DNA of 64,000 bases from Syntrophomonadaceae bacterium (GTDB lineage: Bacteria; Bacillota; Syntrophomonadia; Syntrophomonadales; Syntrophomonadaceae): assembly GCA_034678805.1 (NCBI GenBank), contig JAXDBN010000244.1, forward strand, positions 1,974 to 65,973, given 5' to 3'. Each line of letters starts with the position of its first letter. Within the stretch, counting starts at the first letter, position 1. The translations under genes and the position numbers were made by a program. This document shows, one piece after another, positions 10,328-20,003 of the stretch. The notes beneath the pieces are model-generated. The model made no database searches. It was not told the DNA's origin and saw only the letters and a program-made list of their open reading frames with translations.

Positions 10328-11053
10328 ATGGTGAAGTTGAGACTGGCCAAGTACTTGTCACAAGCTGGAGTAGCATCTCGCCGCCATGCGGAAGAACTGA
10401 TCACGGCGGGGAGAATCAAGCTGAATGGCTCGGTAGTCAAAGAGGTTGCCACCCTCATCAATCCTGACCAAGACCTGGTAACGTGTGATGACCGCCGGGT
10501 GTCTATACCAGGCTCCGTTTACATCATACTCAATAAGCCGGCCGGTTATTTATCCACGGTTTCCGACCCACAGGGACGATCTACGGTGCTTGAACTAGTA
10601 TCCAACCTGCATGTGCGGCTTCACCCCGTAGGGCGCCTGGATTATGATACCGAAGGACTTCTATTGCTTACCAATGACGGAGAATTCACCAACTTGATGA
10701 TACATCCCCGCTATAAGATTAAGAAAAAATATATGGCCGATGTGGAAGGTTATGTGACTGACAGGGAAGCAGATATTCTGCGGCGGGGGGTGGAACTGGA
10801 GGATGGGACTACTGCTCCAGCTACCGTCAAGATAATGGAAAGAAATTCGAGTCATTCAATTTTGGCCATGACTATCCACGAAGGGCGTAAGCGACAGGTG
10901 AAGAGAATGTGCACTGCGGTGGGACATCCGGTCTTAGGACTTACCAGGACGGCTTTGGGATTCCTGACCTTAGACGGTTTAGCTAAAGGGCATTACCGCT
11001 TTCTGACCCCGGATGAGGTGAGCCAGTTGAAATCACTGGCCTTGGTTAAATGA
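10328..11053 (+). CDS. rluB: 23S rRNA pseudouridine synthase, RluB/RsuA family
   Basis: S4 domain (RLAKYLSQAGVASRRHAEELI) plus GRLDYDTEGLLLLTNDG catalytic motif. TTG 10337 is an equally good start. Confidence 0.85.
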   Translation: MVKLRLAKYLSQAGVASRRHAEELITAGRIKLNGSVVKEVATLINPDQDLVTCDDRRVSIPGSVYIILNKPAGYLSTVSDPQGRSTVLELVSNLHVRLHPVGRLDYDTEGLLLLTNDGEFTNLMIHPRYKIKKKYMADVEGYVTDREADILRRGVELEDGTTAPATVKIMERNSSHSILAMTIHEGRKRQVKRMCTAVGHPVLGLTRTALGFLTLDGLAKGHYRFLTPDEVSQLKSLALVK

Positions 11054-11139
11054 TTACTCATGCCAATAAATAAAGCTTAAAATCAAATGAATTTAATTCC
11101 AGAGCAAATCAAATTATTAAAGAAACGGGGGATGGTGTT

Positions 11140-11571
11140 TTGCCGCAACTTAAAGTAAGGCTACGTTTCGATTACATTGGCAGACCTAAAGCCGGTAAAC
11201 TCTTCGGAACTAAGAACGTAGAGCAACTGGCCGATAATGCCAGACAACAAAAGGTGTCTACAATGCGAAACGTTCCTATGCAAGGTATCCGAATCGACGA
11301 TATTGATATGAGTCAGGACATCTATACCCTGCTTGACGATATCACCGGCAACAAGGTTGGGTATGCCCCCGTAGTAATAACTTTATATGCTGAAAACATT
11401 GAAGACGTAGTCAAATTTATAGTGAAGGAAGAGTTCAGGACTATTGAGATAATTGAGCCGGAGGAATTGCTGTTTTCCAAAGGAGATGTGGAGAAGTTGC
11501 TGTTCCGGTTCAGTCAGGATCTGACTGATTATCGGGAGCACTGGATACGTCACATGGACAATTGGCGATAA
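11140..11571 (+). CDS. hypothetical protein
   Basis: 143-aa ORF with a GGGGGATGG RBS-like stretch before TTG. No family recognised. Confidence 0.5.
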   Translation: MPQLKVRLRFDYIGRPKAGKLFGTKNVEQLADNARQQKVSTMRNVPMQGIRIDDIDMSQDIYTLLDDITGNKVGYAPVVITLYAENIEDVVKFIVKEEFRTIEIIEPEELLFSKGDVEKLLFRFSQDLTDYREHWIRHMDNWR

Positions 11572-11605
11572 AAGGCTCGGTTTTCCCACTAGCCTAATAT
11601 TTCAA

Positions 11606-11634
11606 TTGCATTTAACCCAGACTTATTCTATATT
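11606..11634 (+). promoter_or_regulatory. candidate sigma-A promoter for the P-loop gene / kor operon
   Basis: TTGCAT (11606-11611), 17 nt spacer, TATATT (11629-11634). Confidence 0.5.
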
Positions 11635-11664
11635 AAGTAAAATCTGATCGGAATGTGAAGAATT

Positions 11665-12330
11665 TTGGGAAGAATCACTATTTTTGCGGGTGGATTTGGC
11701 AGTGGTAAATCAGAGATTGCTCTAAATTATGCCCTCAATGAAGCTAAGATAGAGACAAACATCATTCTGGCCGATCTTGATATGGTTAATCCGTACTTTG
11801 TTTCCCGGCAACTTAAAGATATACTCATACCCGCAGGGGTGAGATTGCTGGCACCGGAGGGTGATTTATCTTTCGGTGACGTTCCTGCTGTGCCTCGGGA
11901 GATTATTGGTTTGGTCAAGCAGGACAATTATATGGTTATGGATGTGGCCGGGGATGAGGTTGGGTGTAACGTTTTGCGTTACTTACATAAGCATATAATC
12001 ACCCGCCCGGATTACGAGTTTATTTTGGTGTTAAATCCCTATCGGCCATTTAGTCAGGATCTGGAGAGTGTGATTTTATTGAGGGATCAGCTTGAGAGTG
12101 CATCCGGGCTTAAATTCTCAGCTATAGTCAGTAATCCCAATCTAATGTCCGATAGTAACTGTGAAATCATTAGGAGAGGGCATAAGAAGGTTGAAAGCTA
12201 CAGTAAAGCCCTTGGCATTCCTATAAAATGCTTAACGATTGAGAAAAAGTTTTATAGAAAACTTTTTCCTCATTACGGTGATTTATTAAAGGTAATTAAA
12301 TTGTTTTTGATGCCAGATTGGTTGTACTAA
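11665..12330 (+). CDS. P-loop NTPase (MinD/CooC-like SIMIBI class), function unknown
   Basis: N-terminal Walker A GGFGSGKSE, then hydrophobic strand + D (IILADLDMVNP) and VMDVAGDE. The stop lies 18 nt upstream of korD. Confidence 0.65.
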   Translation: MGRITIFAGGFGSGKSEIALNYALNEAKIETNIILADLDMVNPYFVSRQLKDILIPAGVRLLAPEGDLSFGDVPAVPREIIGLVKQDNYMVMDVAGDEVGCNVLRYLHKHIITRPDYEFILVLNPYRPFSQDLESVILLRDQLESASGLKFSAIVSNPNLMSDSNCEIIRRGHKKVESYSKALGIPIKCLTIEKKFYRKLFPHYGDLLKVIKLFLMPDWLY

Positions 12331-12348
12331 CTTTACGGGAGGGGAAAC

Positions 12349-12564
12349 ATGGCCAGGGGAAAAGTGAGTTTTGTAGAAGAGGAATGTAAAGGGTGTGAGC
12401 TTTGTATCCATTTTTGTCCTAAGGATGTATTAGGATTGGACAAGAGTAGAATAAATTCTTCAGGATACCACCCGGTAACGGACCTTGAACCGGACAATTG
12501 TACCGGCTGTGGCATTTGTGCTCTTATGTGTCCAGATATGGTTATTAAGGTAGAAAGGGAGTAA
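12349..12564 (+). CDS. korD: 2-oxoacid:ferredoxin oxidoreductase delta subunit (2x[4Fe-4S] ferredoxin)
   Basis: CKGCELCIHFCP and CTGCGICALMCP motifs. 71 aa. First gene of the four-gene KOR-type set. Confidence 0.85.
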   Translation: MARGKVSFVEEECKGCELCIHFCPKDVLGLDKSRINSSGYHPVTDLEPDNCTGCGICALMCPDMVIKVERE

Positions 12565-12568
12565 TGCC

Positions 12569-13627
12569 ATGGATAGGGTTTTGATGAAAGGAAATGAGGC
12601 ATTGGCCGAGGGAGCATTGATAGGAGGATGCGTTGCTTTCTTTGGCTACCCTATAACACCGTCCAGTGAAATTGCGGAATATATGGCCAGAAAATTCCCT
12701 CTCCTGGGTGGCACGTTTGTCCAGGCCGAGAGTGAGTTGGCAGCAATTAATATGGTATATGGTGGAGCATCAACCGGGGCAAGGGTCATGACTGCTTCTT
12801 CGGGACCGGGGATAAGTTTGAAGTCGGAAGGAATTTCTTTTATTGCCGAGGCCGAACTTCCCTGTTTAATCGTCAACGTATCAAGAGGGGGACCAGGTTT
12901 GGGTGGAATTCAACCAGCTCAGTCTGATTATTATCAAGCGACCCGCGGGGGAGGTCACGGGGATTATCACATAATAGTACTAGCCCCGTCCTCAGTACAG
13001 GAGATGATGGATTTTGCGATTACCGCATTCGATCTGGCTGACAAACATCGTACTCCCGTTATGATTATGGCAGAAGGCACACTTGGGCAGATGATGGAAC
13101 CGGTTGAGGTTAGACCCAAAGTTACAGAATTTGTTGACAAACCATGGGCGATTGGAGGCTGCAAGGGCAGAAAACCAAATATTGTGAACACCTTGCATCT
13201 TGATCCGGATTTTTTGGAATACCGAAACCACGTCTTAGCGCAAAAATATGCTTCAATAAAAGCGCAGGAACCAAGGGCAGAAAATTTCATGACAGAGGAT
13301 GCTGATTTGGTGGTAGTTGCATTCGGCCTAATGTCGCGTATTGTTAAGAAGGCAATTATTGAGGTGCGTAAACAGGGCTATAAGGTTGGATTAATAAGAC
13401 CCATTACTTTGTGGCCTTTCCCGGCAGAACCAATAAGCCAGGCAGCTGAAAAAGCTAAACTGTTCCTATCAGTAGAAATAAGCATGGGACAAATGATCGA
13501 CGACGTTCGCCTGGCCGTAAATGGCCGAGCTCCAGTTGAATTTTACGGAAGAATAGGGATGGTTCCCAGCCCGGAGGAGATAGGTAGAGAAATCATGGCA
13601 GTAGCCCAAAAGGAGGGTTTAAAATGA
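12569..13627 (+). CDS. korA: 2-oxoacid:ferredoxin oxidoreductase alpha subunit
   Basis: MKGNEALAEGALIGGC...GYPITPSSEI N-terminus is typical of KorA/PorA-type subunits. Confidence 0.9.
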   Translation: MDRVLMKGNEALAEGALIGGCVAFFGYPITPSSEIAEYMARKFPLLGGTFVQAESELAAINMVYGGASTGARVMTASSGPGISLKSEGISFIAEAELPCLIVNVSRGGPGLGGIQPAQSDYYQATRGGGHGDYHIIVLAPSSVQEMMDFAITAFDLADKHRTPVMIMAEGTLGQMMEPVEVRPKVTEFVDKPWAIGGCKGRKPNIVNTLHLDPDFLEYRNHVLAQKYASIKAQEPRAENFMTEDADLVVVAFGLMSRIVKKAIIEVRKQGYKVGLIRPITLWPFPAEPISQAAEKAKLFLSVEISMGQMIDDVRLAVNGRAPVEFYGRIGMVPSPEEIGREIMAVAQKEGLK

Positions 13628-14364
13628 AGACGGTAGCTCAGCGGCCTCAGAGCTTAACTGAAGTTAAAACCCACTACTGCCCGGGTTGCACCCACGGGAT
13701 TATTCATAGAATAGTTGCTGAATGTATGGATGATATGAATATGCGGGAAAATGCCATTGGTATATGTCCAGTAGGATGTGCGGTTCTGGCCTACGATTAT
13801 TTCAATTTCGATATGTTGGAGGCTGCTCATGGAAGAGCCCCGGCTATAGCCACTGGTATTAAGAGGATATTACCTGATCGCTGCATATTTACCTACCAGG
13901 GTGATGGAGACTTAGCATCAATAGGAATGGGTGAAATAGTGCATGCTTCAGCCCGTTCTGAGAATATAACAGTTATTTTTGTCAACAACTCTATATATGG
14001 TATGACCGGGGGACAAATGGCACCAACCACCTTGTTGGGACAGGTTACAACGACATCACCATATGGCCGCAAAAAAGAAGATACTGGTTTTCCGGTACGA
14101 ATGGCCGAACTATTGGCTACCAATGAGGGCTCAGCTTACATAAGCCGAGTTGCTGTTAATAATCCAGCTAATGTTATTAAAGCCAAGAAATCGATTAAGA
14201 AAGCATTTCAGACCCAAATGAACGGACTGGGATTCTCTATGGTGGAGATTCTATCCACATGCCCTACTAATTGGGGTTTAGGCCCGGTTGAAGCTTTGGA
14301 GTGGCTGGAGAACAATATGATCCCGTACTATCCGCTCGGCGAGTTTAAGGTTAAGGAGGCATAA
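13624..14364 (+). CDS. korB: 2-oxoacid:ferredoxin oxidoreductase beta subunit (TPP-binding)
   Basis: CPGCTHG cluster ligands and GDGDLASIGMGE TPP motif. ATGA overlap with korA. Confidence 0.9.
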   Translation: MKTVAQRPQSLTEVKTHYCPGCTHGIIHRIVAECMDDMNMRENAIGICPVGCAVLAYDYFNFDMLEAAHGRAPAIATGIKRILPDRCIFTYQGDGDLASIGMGEIVHASARSENITVIFVNNSIYGMTGGQMAPTTLLGQVTTTSPYGRKKEDTGFPVRMAELLATNEGSAYISRVAVNNPANVIKAKKSIKKAFQTQMNGLGFSMVEILSTCPTNWGLGPVEALEWLENNMIPYYPLGEFKVKEA

Positions 14365-14370
14365 TCGTAC

Positions 14371-14922
14371 ATGAGCAGTGAACAACAGGTCCTTTTCGCC
14401 GGTTTCGGAGGTCAGGGTGTTTTGTCTATGGGTAAGTTTCTCACCCATGCTGCCATGGGTGTTGGGAAGAACGTATCATGGCTGCCAGCTTATGGAGCAG
14501 AGATGAGGGGAGGCACCGCTAACTGCCTGGTTACCATTTCCGATGGTGAGATTTACTCCCCCCTGACGGAGAATCCCGCGACAGCCATAATACTCAACCG
14601 GCCGTCATTGGATAGGTTTGAGTCCAAGATTAAGCCCAATGGTACTTTGATCATGAACACCTCGCTTATTGATCGTCCGCCGGTCAGGAAGGATTTATGT
14701 ATTTTTCAGATGCCGGTTAACCAAATAGCCGACGAGCATGGCGGCTCAAAAATAGCTAATATGATACTCCTGGGCGCATGCATTCAGAAGATGACCCTGG
14801 TTACCGTAGAACAAACCCTAAGCTTATTTGAATTGATATTTGCGGGCAAAAAACCAGGAGTAATCGACAAAAACAAAGAGGCATTTTTATTCGGGGTCGA
14901 TTACGCGGCCCGCAACTGGTAA
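14371..14922 (+). CDS. korC: 2-oxoacid:ferredoxin oxidoreductase gamma subunit
   Basis: GFGGQGV motif near the N-terminus. 183 aa. Operon position. Confidence 0.9.
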   Translation: MSSEQQVLFAGFGGQGVLSMGKFLTHAAMGVGKNVSWLPAYGAEMRGGTANCLVTISDGEIYSPLTENPATAIILNRPSLDRFESKIKPNGTLIMNTSLIDRPPVRKDLCIFQMPVNQIADEHGGSKIANMILLGACIQKMTLVTVEQTLSLFELIFAGKKPGVIDKNKEAFLFGVDYAARNW

Positions 14923-14996
14923 AGGCGGACAATGGATCAGATAATGCGGCTGGGCCCAGGATTAAGATTAAATAATTAAGATATAGGTTTTTACGG

Positions 14997-15749
14997 ATGA
15001 ATAAGGAACGCTTGCGTAAAATATTGGAGCAATTGCATGACGGATGTTTAGAGGTTGATGATGCTTGCCGCCTTTTAGACACCCTGCCATTCGAAGATCT
15101 GGGTTTCGCAAAGCTGGATCATCATCGCCCTTTAAGAGACCACTTCCCTGAAGTTGTCTTTTGTCAAGGTAAGTCAATTGAGCAGATTATCACTATTTTC
15201 GAACAACTTACCTTGCAAAGTGATTTGATTTTGGGTACAAGGGCCACTCAAGCAGTATATGACTCGGTCAGGGAGCGTCTTACCGACATCAAATATGATC
15301 CAACCGCCCGGGTCTTATATATTAATCGATCTGCAGCTCCGTCTATTGGACACGTAGCCATAGTGACTGCTGGTACTGCCGATATTCCGGTAGCGGAGGA
15401 GGCTGCGGTTTGCTTGGGTGTGATGGGAGCTGTGGTTTCGCGCTTCTATGATGTAGGCGTTGCAGGTATCCATCGTTTGTTGGCCCGGGTTAATGAGATC
15501 AATCAAGCTGAGGTAATTATTGTAGTCGCAGGTATGGAAGGGGCTTTAGCCAGCGTTGTGGGGGGATTGACCAATAAACCGGTAATCGCCGTCCCGACTA
15601 GTGTTGGTTATGGGGCTAGCTTTAATGGGCTGGCTGCTTTGCTCGCCATGCTTAATAGCTGTGCCAGCGGAGTAGGTGTAGTCAATATTGACAATGGTTA
15701 TGGAGCTGCTGCTTTGGCTGCCACAATCTTGAAAACATTTCGTGGATAA
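14997..15749 (+). CDS. larB: nickel-pincer cofactor biosynthesis protein LarB (PurE-like)
   Basis: N-terminal LarB-type extension plus a PurE-like domain with VTAGTADIPVAEEA and VVAGMEGALASVVGG. Confidence 0.8.
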   Translation: MNKERLRKILEQLHDGCLEVDDACRLLDTLPFEDLGFAKLDHHRPLRDHFPEVVFCQGKSIEQIITIFEQLTLQSDLILGTRATQAVYDSVRERLTDIKYDPTARVLYINRSAAPSIGHVAIVTAGTADIPVAEEAAVCLGVMGAVVSRFYDVGVAGIHRLLARVNEINQAEVIIVVAGMEGALASVVGGLTNKPVIAVPTSVGYGASFNGLAALLAMLNSCASGVGVVNIDNGYGAAALAATILKTFRG

Positions 15750-15783
15750 AGGCCCTTTCCCAGGCATAAGATAGAGGAGGAGC

Positions 15784-16287
15784 ATGCCTGGGGGGATTCT
15801 TTTGAAAAATTTTTTAGACCAAATAGAAAAAGGGCTGATAAGGTTTGTCGTTGTTACTATAGTAATAATGGCTGTTATTCAGGGAGTCATGTCCGTTGAT
15901 CCCATTCGGTTATATCTAAGCTGGGGTGAAAGAATGGAAGGGGAAACCATTCAATTACCCGTTGCCACAACCTCAAATAATGCCGATCTCGATGCTGAAG
16001 AAGCCATCTCTCCTCAAGCCCGGGTAGCAATTGAAATCAACCAGTTTTCATCCTTGCCTCGAGCCCAGGTTTTAGTTAATGGGAAGCCCAAAGCTAATTT
16101 TACTGGTAAAAGGGTCAACGTAACAATCCAAGCCGGTGATACCATAGAAGTTGATGCTACCGCTTACAACTTTCCAATTGACTTTAATATAGCAGCTGTA
16201 TCGTCCAACCTGGCATTTCCAGAAAAAGGTCAGGTGTACACAGCCAATCAAGCCATAGTCATGATAGGTAAAAGTATAGTAAAATAA
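15784..16287 (+). CDS. hypothetical membrane-anchored protein
   Basis: GAGGAGGAGC RBS and a single N-terminal TM helix (FVVVTIVIMAVIQGV). No family recognised. Confidence 0.5.
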   Translation: MPGGILLKNFLDQIEKGLIRFVVVTIVIMAVIQGVMSVDPIRLYLSWGERMEGETIQLPVATTSNNADLDAEEAISPQARVAIEINQFSSLPRAQVLVNGKPKANFTGKRVNVTIQAGDTIEVDATAYNFPIDFNIAAVSSNLAFPEKGQVYTANQAIVMIGKSIVK

Positions 16288-16315
16288 GGCAGACATACTT
16301 TGGGGGGGAATTCCA

Positions 16316-16732
16316 ATGGAACCAGGCAGCAAGATAGCAGCCTCATCAGCCATTAAGATGGCATTATCCTCCACACGCAGTGAGGAAATACAAATAAAAA
16401 AAGCCCTTCTTGAAGAACATGGTGTTAAAGCCGTTGCGGTTGACTATGGGGGAGAGTTCATCTCATCTATGGCTAAAATCGTGGAACGTTCTGTCGTTGC
16501 GGCCAAAAGAGAAGGCGTTATCAAGGATACTCATTCCGATGAAGGTGCAGTAGCTGGGGCTTCGCGAGAGGCTTTATCCCAAATTATGCCGAAAGCGTTA
16601 GGGTTGAATGTTGGCGGAAAAATAGGCGTTGCTCGCTTCCATGATCACGTCAGTGTAGCAGTATTTATGGGGATAGGGCTTTTACACTTGGACGAGGTAG
16701 CAATTGGACTGGGTCATCGGGCTGTGCCATGA
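16316..16732 (+). CDS. HutP-family RNA-binding regulator-like protein
   Basis: Size (138 aa) and overall similarity to B. subtilis HutP, by recollection (e.g. GVIKDTHSDEGAVAGASREAL, VAVFMGIGLLHL...IGLGH). Confidence 0.6.
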   Translation: MEPGSKIAASSAIKMALSSTRSEEIQIKKALLEEHGVKAVAVDYGGEFISSMAKIVERSVVAAKREGVIKDTHSDEGAVAGASREALSQIMPKALGLNVGGKIGVARFHDHVSVAVFMGIGLLHLDEVAIGLGHRAVP

Positions 16733-16819
16733 GTTTGACAGATGAGTTGTTTTCATATGGTCATCGCAATACATGTACATTATACAAACTAGAAATCTAA
16801 TAAAGGTGAGGACGGAAGT

Positions 16820-17191
16820 ATGGCAGTAAGAGGTATCAGAGGGGCAATTACCGTAGAGAAAGATGAGAATAAGGAGCTATCAGAAGCAACCCAAGAGCTA
16901 TTGACCCAGATGATCAGTAATAACGGAATACTATCACAAGATATTATTAGCATCATATTTACCATGACCCCAGACCTAAGATCTGCTTTCCCCGCCGAGG
17001 CTGCCCGGGCCATGGGATTGACCCTAGTGCCTTTGTTATGCACCCAGGAAATACCGGTTCCCGGAGCTCTTCCCCTATGCATAAGGGTATTAATGCATAT
17101 TAATACCGAAAAACCACAGGATCAAATAAAGCACCAGTTCATGCGTGCAGCATCCCAGTTGCGTCCAGACCTCAGTAAGATTACCGACTAA
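16820..17191 (+). CDS. aroH: chorismate mutase, AroH class
   Basis: MAVRGIRGAITVE N-terminus, FTMTPDLRSAFPA and LRPDL closely parallel B. subtilis AroH. Confidence 0.9.
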   Translation: MAVRGIRGAITVEKDENKELSEATQELLTQMISNNGILSQDIISIIFTMTPDLRSAFPAEAARAMGLTLVPLLCTQEIPVPGALPLCIRVLMHINTEKPQDQIKHQFMRAASQLRPDLSKITD

Positions 17192-17353
17192 GATATTTGG
17201 ATTGTTATATATATGCGTTATTCATTGACCTACTGACAACTCATATTCCATCTATTACAATACAATATATAGAATGATCATTTGATAGCATGGAGGAAAC
17301 AGGTACAGTCAGCCATGTTGTCATCGGGCTTTTTTCTAAAAGGAGTGGTTGGA

Positions 17354-17830
17354 GTGGATTATGGTGTTGCTGCTTTTCTAGCCATGCTGGGATTCTTTTC
17401 TTTTATTCTGTTCATAGTGGGCGCGGTTTTCTATGTATTGAAATCGGTTGGTTTGTCGACTATGGCCTCTAATCGGGGTATAGATAATCCTTGGTTGGCT
17501 TGGATACCGGTAGCGGATCTCTATATTATGGGTCTTCTGGTAGGGGAGATAGATATATTTTCTTATCATCTCGACAATTTGGGTTTATGGTGCCCGGTCA
17601 TAATAGTTGGAGGAGTCTTTTTGTCCGGTATTCCAGGAATCGGGTGGCTAATCAGCGTGGGCGTATTTATTTTTTCAATTCTGTTTACTTATAGATTTTT
17701 CGAAATATATACTGATCAGGCTATTCTCTATACAGTTCTGTCGGTATTGCTATGCCTGCTCCCAGTTTTTATTTTTGTAATTCGTAATAATCGACCCTTA
17801 ACTCATTCAGGTTTAGGACCTTCGGCCTGA
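17354..17830 (+). CDS. hypothetical integral membrane protein
   Basis: Four or so hydrophobic helices. AAAGGAG RBS lies 8 nt before GTG 17354. The ORF track's longer start, 17282, is also possible. Confidence 0.5.
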   Translation: MDYGVAAFLAMLGFFSFILFIVGAVFYVLKSVGLSTMASNRGIDNPWLAWIPVADLYIMGLLVGEIDIFSYHLDNLGLWCPVIIVGGVFLSGIPGIGWLISVGVFIFSILFTYRFFEIYTDQAILYTVLSVLLCLLPVFIFVIRNNRPLTHSGLGPSA

Positions 17831-17851
17831 TAAACTATATTTGTGAATATT

Positions 17852-17892
17852 AACGACCGGTGATTTAATATTACATCGCCGGTCGTTTTTTT
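17852..17892 (+). terminator. intrinsic terminator
   Basis: 13-bp stem AACGACCGGTGAT / ATCGCCGGTCGTT (one G-U pair) followed by TTTTTTT. Confidence 0.7.
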
Positions 17893-17957
17893 AGACGTCA
17901 ATTAAGACAAACGGAACTCAATTTCTATAGAATTAGAGCCAACATAGTACCAAGGTC

Positions 17958-18797
17958 TCACCTGGATGTTTTTTTGCACACATCATAGAGATCAGTTCTT
18001 CTGTGATTTAACAATGGCATTTCCTTGCGGACGCGGTCCAAAACCGAAAAATCCAGCCGGCAAATGAGGATTTCTTCCCCGTGACCCGCTTCAGCCATTA
18101 CCATTCCCCAAGGATCAACCACCATGGAATGTCCCCACGCATGATAACTAGCTTCAGGATTACGTGCGGGTGAGGCAGCCACAACAAATAGCTGGTTATC
18201 GATCGCCCTTGATCTCATCAGCAGATCCCAATGAGCAGGACCGGTTGTCATATTAAATGCGGCTGGGATAATCAGCATGTTGGCACCTTGCAGGGTGAGC
18301 AGACGGGCTAGTTCAGGAAAGCGGATATCGTAGCATATTATGGTGCTAATGCATAAATCCTGGTACCGAATAATTTCCAGGGTATTACCGGCAGTAAAAA
18401 CCTCTGATTCCTTAAAAGTAATTTGTCCTGGGATATCAATGTCAAATAAGTGTATCTTACGGTGTGCACCTATGAGATTGCCATCCTGGTCGAAAGTGTA
18501 ACTGGTGTTGAAGATATCTCCGTTCTGACTGCGCTCCGGGATGGATCCACCTACTAAAATACATCGATTTTTACGGGCTGTTTCGGAAAGAAACCGGGCT
18601 GTTTCACCCGGGTAGACCTCTGCCTGGTTGGCCATAATCGAGTTTACATAGGGGACATTAAAAACTTCTGGCAGTACCACCATTTCTGCTCCATCCCGAA
18701 CTGCACTTTCAATCATTTCTCCGGCATGCCGCAAGTTGGTGCTCTTATCATTTGTAACCTGGATCTGACATATGCCTAGGTTCAGTTGTTTATTCAA
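17958..18797 (-). CDS. carbon-nitrogen hydrolase family protein (nitrilase/omega-amidase-like)
   Basis: Glu-Lys-Cys triad contexts: VVLPEVF, HRKIHLFD and ICYDIRFPE. Confidence 0.85.
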   Translation of the reverse strand: MNKQLNLGICQIQVTNDKSTNLRHAGEMIESAVRDGAEMVVLPEVFNVPYVNSIMANQAEVYPGETARFLSETARKNRCILVGGSIPERSQNGDIFNTSYTFDQDGNLIGAHRKIHLFDIDIPGQITFKESEVFTAGNTLEIIRYQDLCISTIICYDIRFPELARLLTLQGANMLIIPAAFNMTTGPAHWDLLMRSRAIDNQLFVVAASPARNPEASYHAWGHSMVVDPWGMVMAEAGHGEEILICRLDFSVLDRVRKEMPLLNHRRTDLYDVCKKTSR

Positions 18798-18814
18798 AGG
18801 AACCTCCTTACTCT

Positions 18815-19813
18815 TTATCCATTAAAATAGTCTATACCCATGGCTATCCTGACTTCTTTCATAGTCTGTCTGGCTACCTGGTTAGCCTTGGCAGTACCAT
18901 CCATCAGTATCTCTTTGACTAGCGCAGGATTTTGGATGTAAGTTTGCCGTCTTTCTCTCATGGGTTCAAGCAGGGTGTCAATACATCCGGATAAACGTTT
19001 CTTACAATTTACACATCCGATTTTGCCCTCCCGGCAGTCAGTTTCTATTTGGCCAACCTCCGGCTGATTAAAAACCTTATGATATTCAAATACTGTGCAT
19101 ATCTCAGGATGGCCAGGATCAGTTTTATGAATACGGGCCGGGTCAGTTACTGCATCCATTACTTTCTTTCTTACCTCCTCTGAGGTATCACTAAGATAAA
19201 TGGCATTATTGAGGCTCTTACTCATTTTGGCCTTGCCGTCTAAACCCACTAACCGGGGAACTTCTCCCACCAATATCTCCGGTTCGGTTAATACAGGCTG
19301 GTACAAATCATTGAACCGTCTTACGATCTTGCGAGTGAGTTCGAGATGAGGAATTTGATCCTCACCTACCGGTACCAGGTTAGCTTTAAAAATAGCTATG
19401 TCCGCTGCCTGGCTAACCGGATAACCAAGAAAGCCGTAGGGCATATCACTGAATCCATGCTGCTTAGCCTCTGACTTCACAGTAGGATTATGTCTCAATA
19501 CGTTTACAGATGTGAACATGCCAAAATAAGCTGCTAATTCATGAATCTCCGGGATCATACTCTGGATACAGATGGTTGCTTTATGAGGATCAAGGCCTGC
19601 AGCCAGGTAGTCTTCGGCTATTTGCAGGGTATCCCTGCGGAGATTTTCAGGATTCTCGAAATTGGTCGTAAGTGCTTGAACATCCGCAATAAGAATGTAA
19701 CTTTCATATTCATCCTGTAATTTGACCCGGTTGGCCAGACTACCTACATAATGGCCCAGGTGCAATTTACCGGTTGGTCTATCACCGGTCAATATTCTTT
19801 TCTTTGCTGTCAT
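18815..19813 (-). CDS. trpS: tryptophan--tRNA ligase
   Basis: HLGHY (HIGH) and KMSKS motifs. 332 aa. Confidence 0.95.
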   Translation of the reverse strand: MTAKKRILTGDRPTGKLHLGHYVGSLANRVKLQDEYESYILIADVQALTTNFENPENLRRDTLQIAEDYLAAGLDPHKATICIQSMIPEIHELAAYFGMFTSVNVLRHNPTVKSEAKQHGFSDMPYGFLGYPVSQAADIAIFKANLVPVGEDQIPHLELTRKIVRRFNDLYQPVLTEPEILVGEVPRLVGLDGKAKMSKSLNNAIYLSDTSEEVRKKVMDAVTDPARIHKTDPGHPEICTVFEYHKVFNQPEVGQIETDCREGKIGCVNCKKRLSGCIDTLLEPMRERRQTYIQNPALVKEILMDGTAKANQVARQTMKEVRIAMGIDYFNG

Positions 19814-19975
19814 TATTGTGGACCCCCCTGTTAAATATGTCTGTCCAAATTCTCAGACCAACATTTAAAGTATCATTATGACCGGAAAAATACAAGTCTG
19901 GGGATAAAAAAGGTAGTCATGACGGTCTCACTGCTATGGGAAAATTTGTGCACTAAATTTTTCAGTGGAGGCTTA

Positions 19976-20003
19976 TTGACATGGGGTATGATTGTGCTAA
20001 AAT
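19976..20003 (+). promoter_or_regulatory. candidate sigma-A promoter (extended -10) for speD
   Basis: TTGACA (19976-19981), 16 nt spacer, TGcTAAAAT with the -10 hexamer at 19998-20003. Confidence 0.5.

Noticed and set aside
17290-17694. Alternative-frame ORFs (17290-17472, 17491-17694) within the membrane-protein gene.
   Set aside because: They are out of frame with the longer hydrophobic ORF, which has a coherent TM pattern and an RBS. They are likely frame artefacts.
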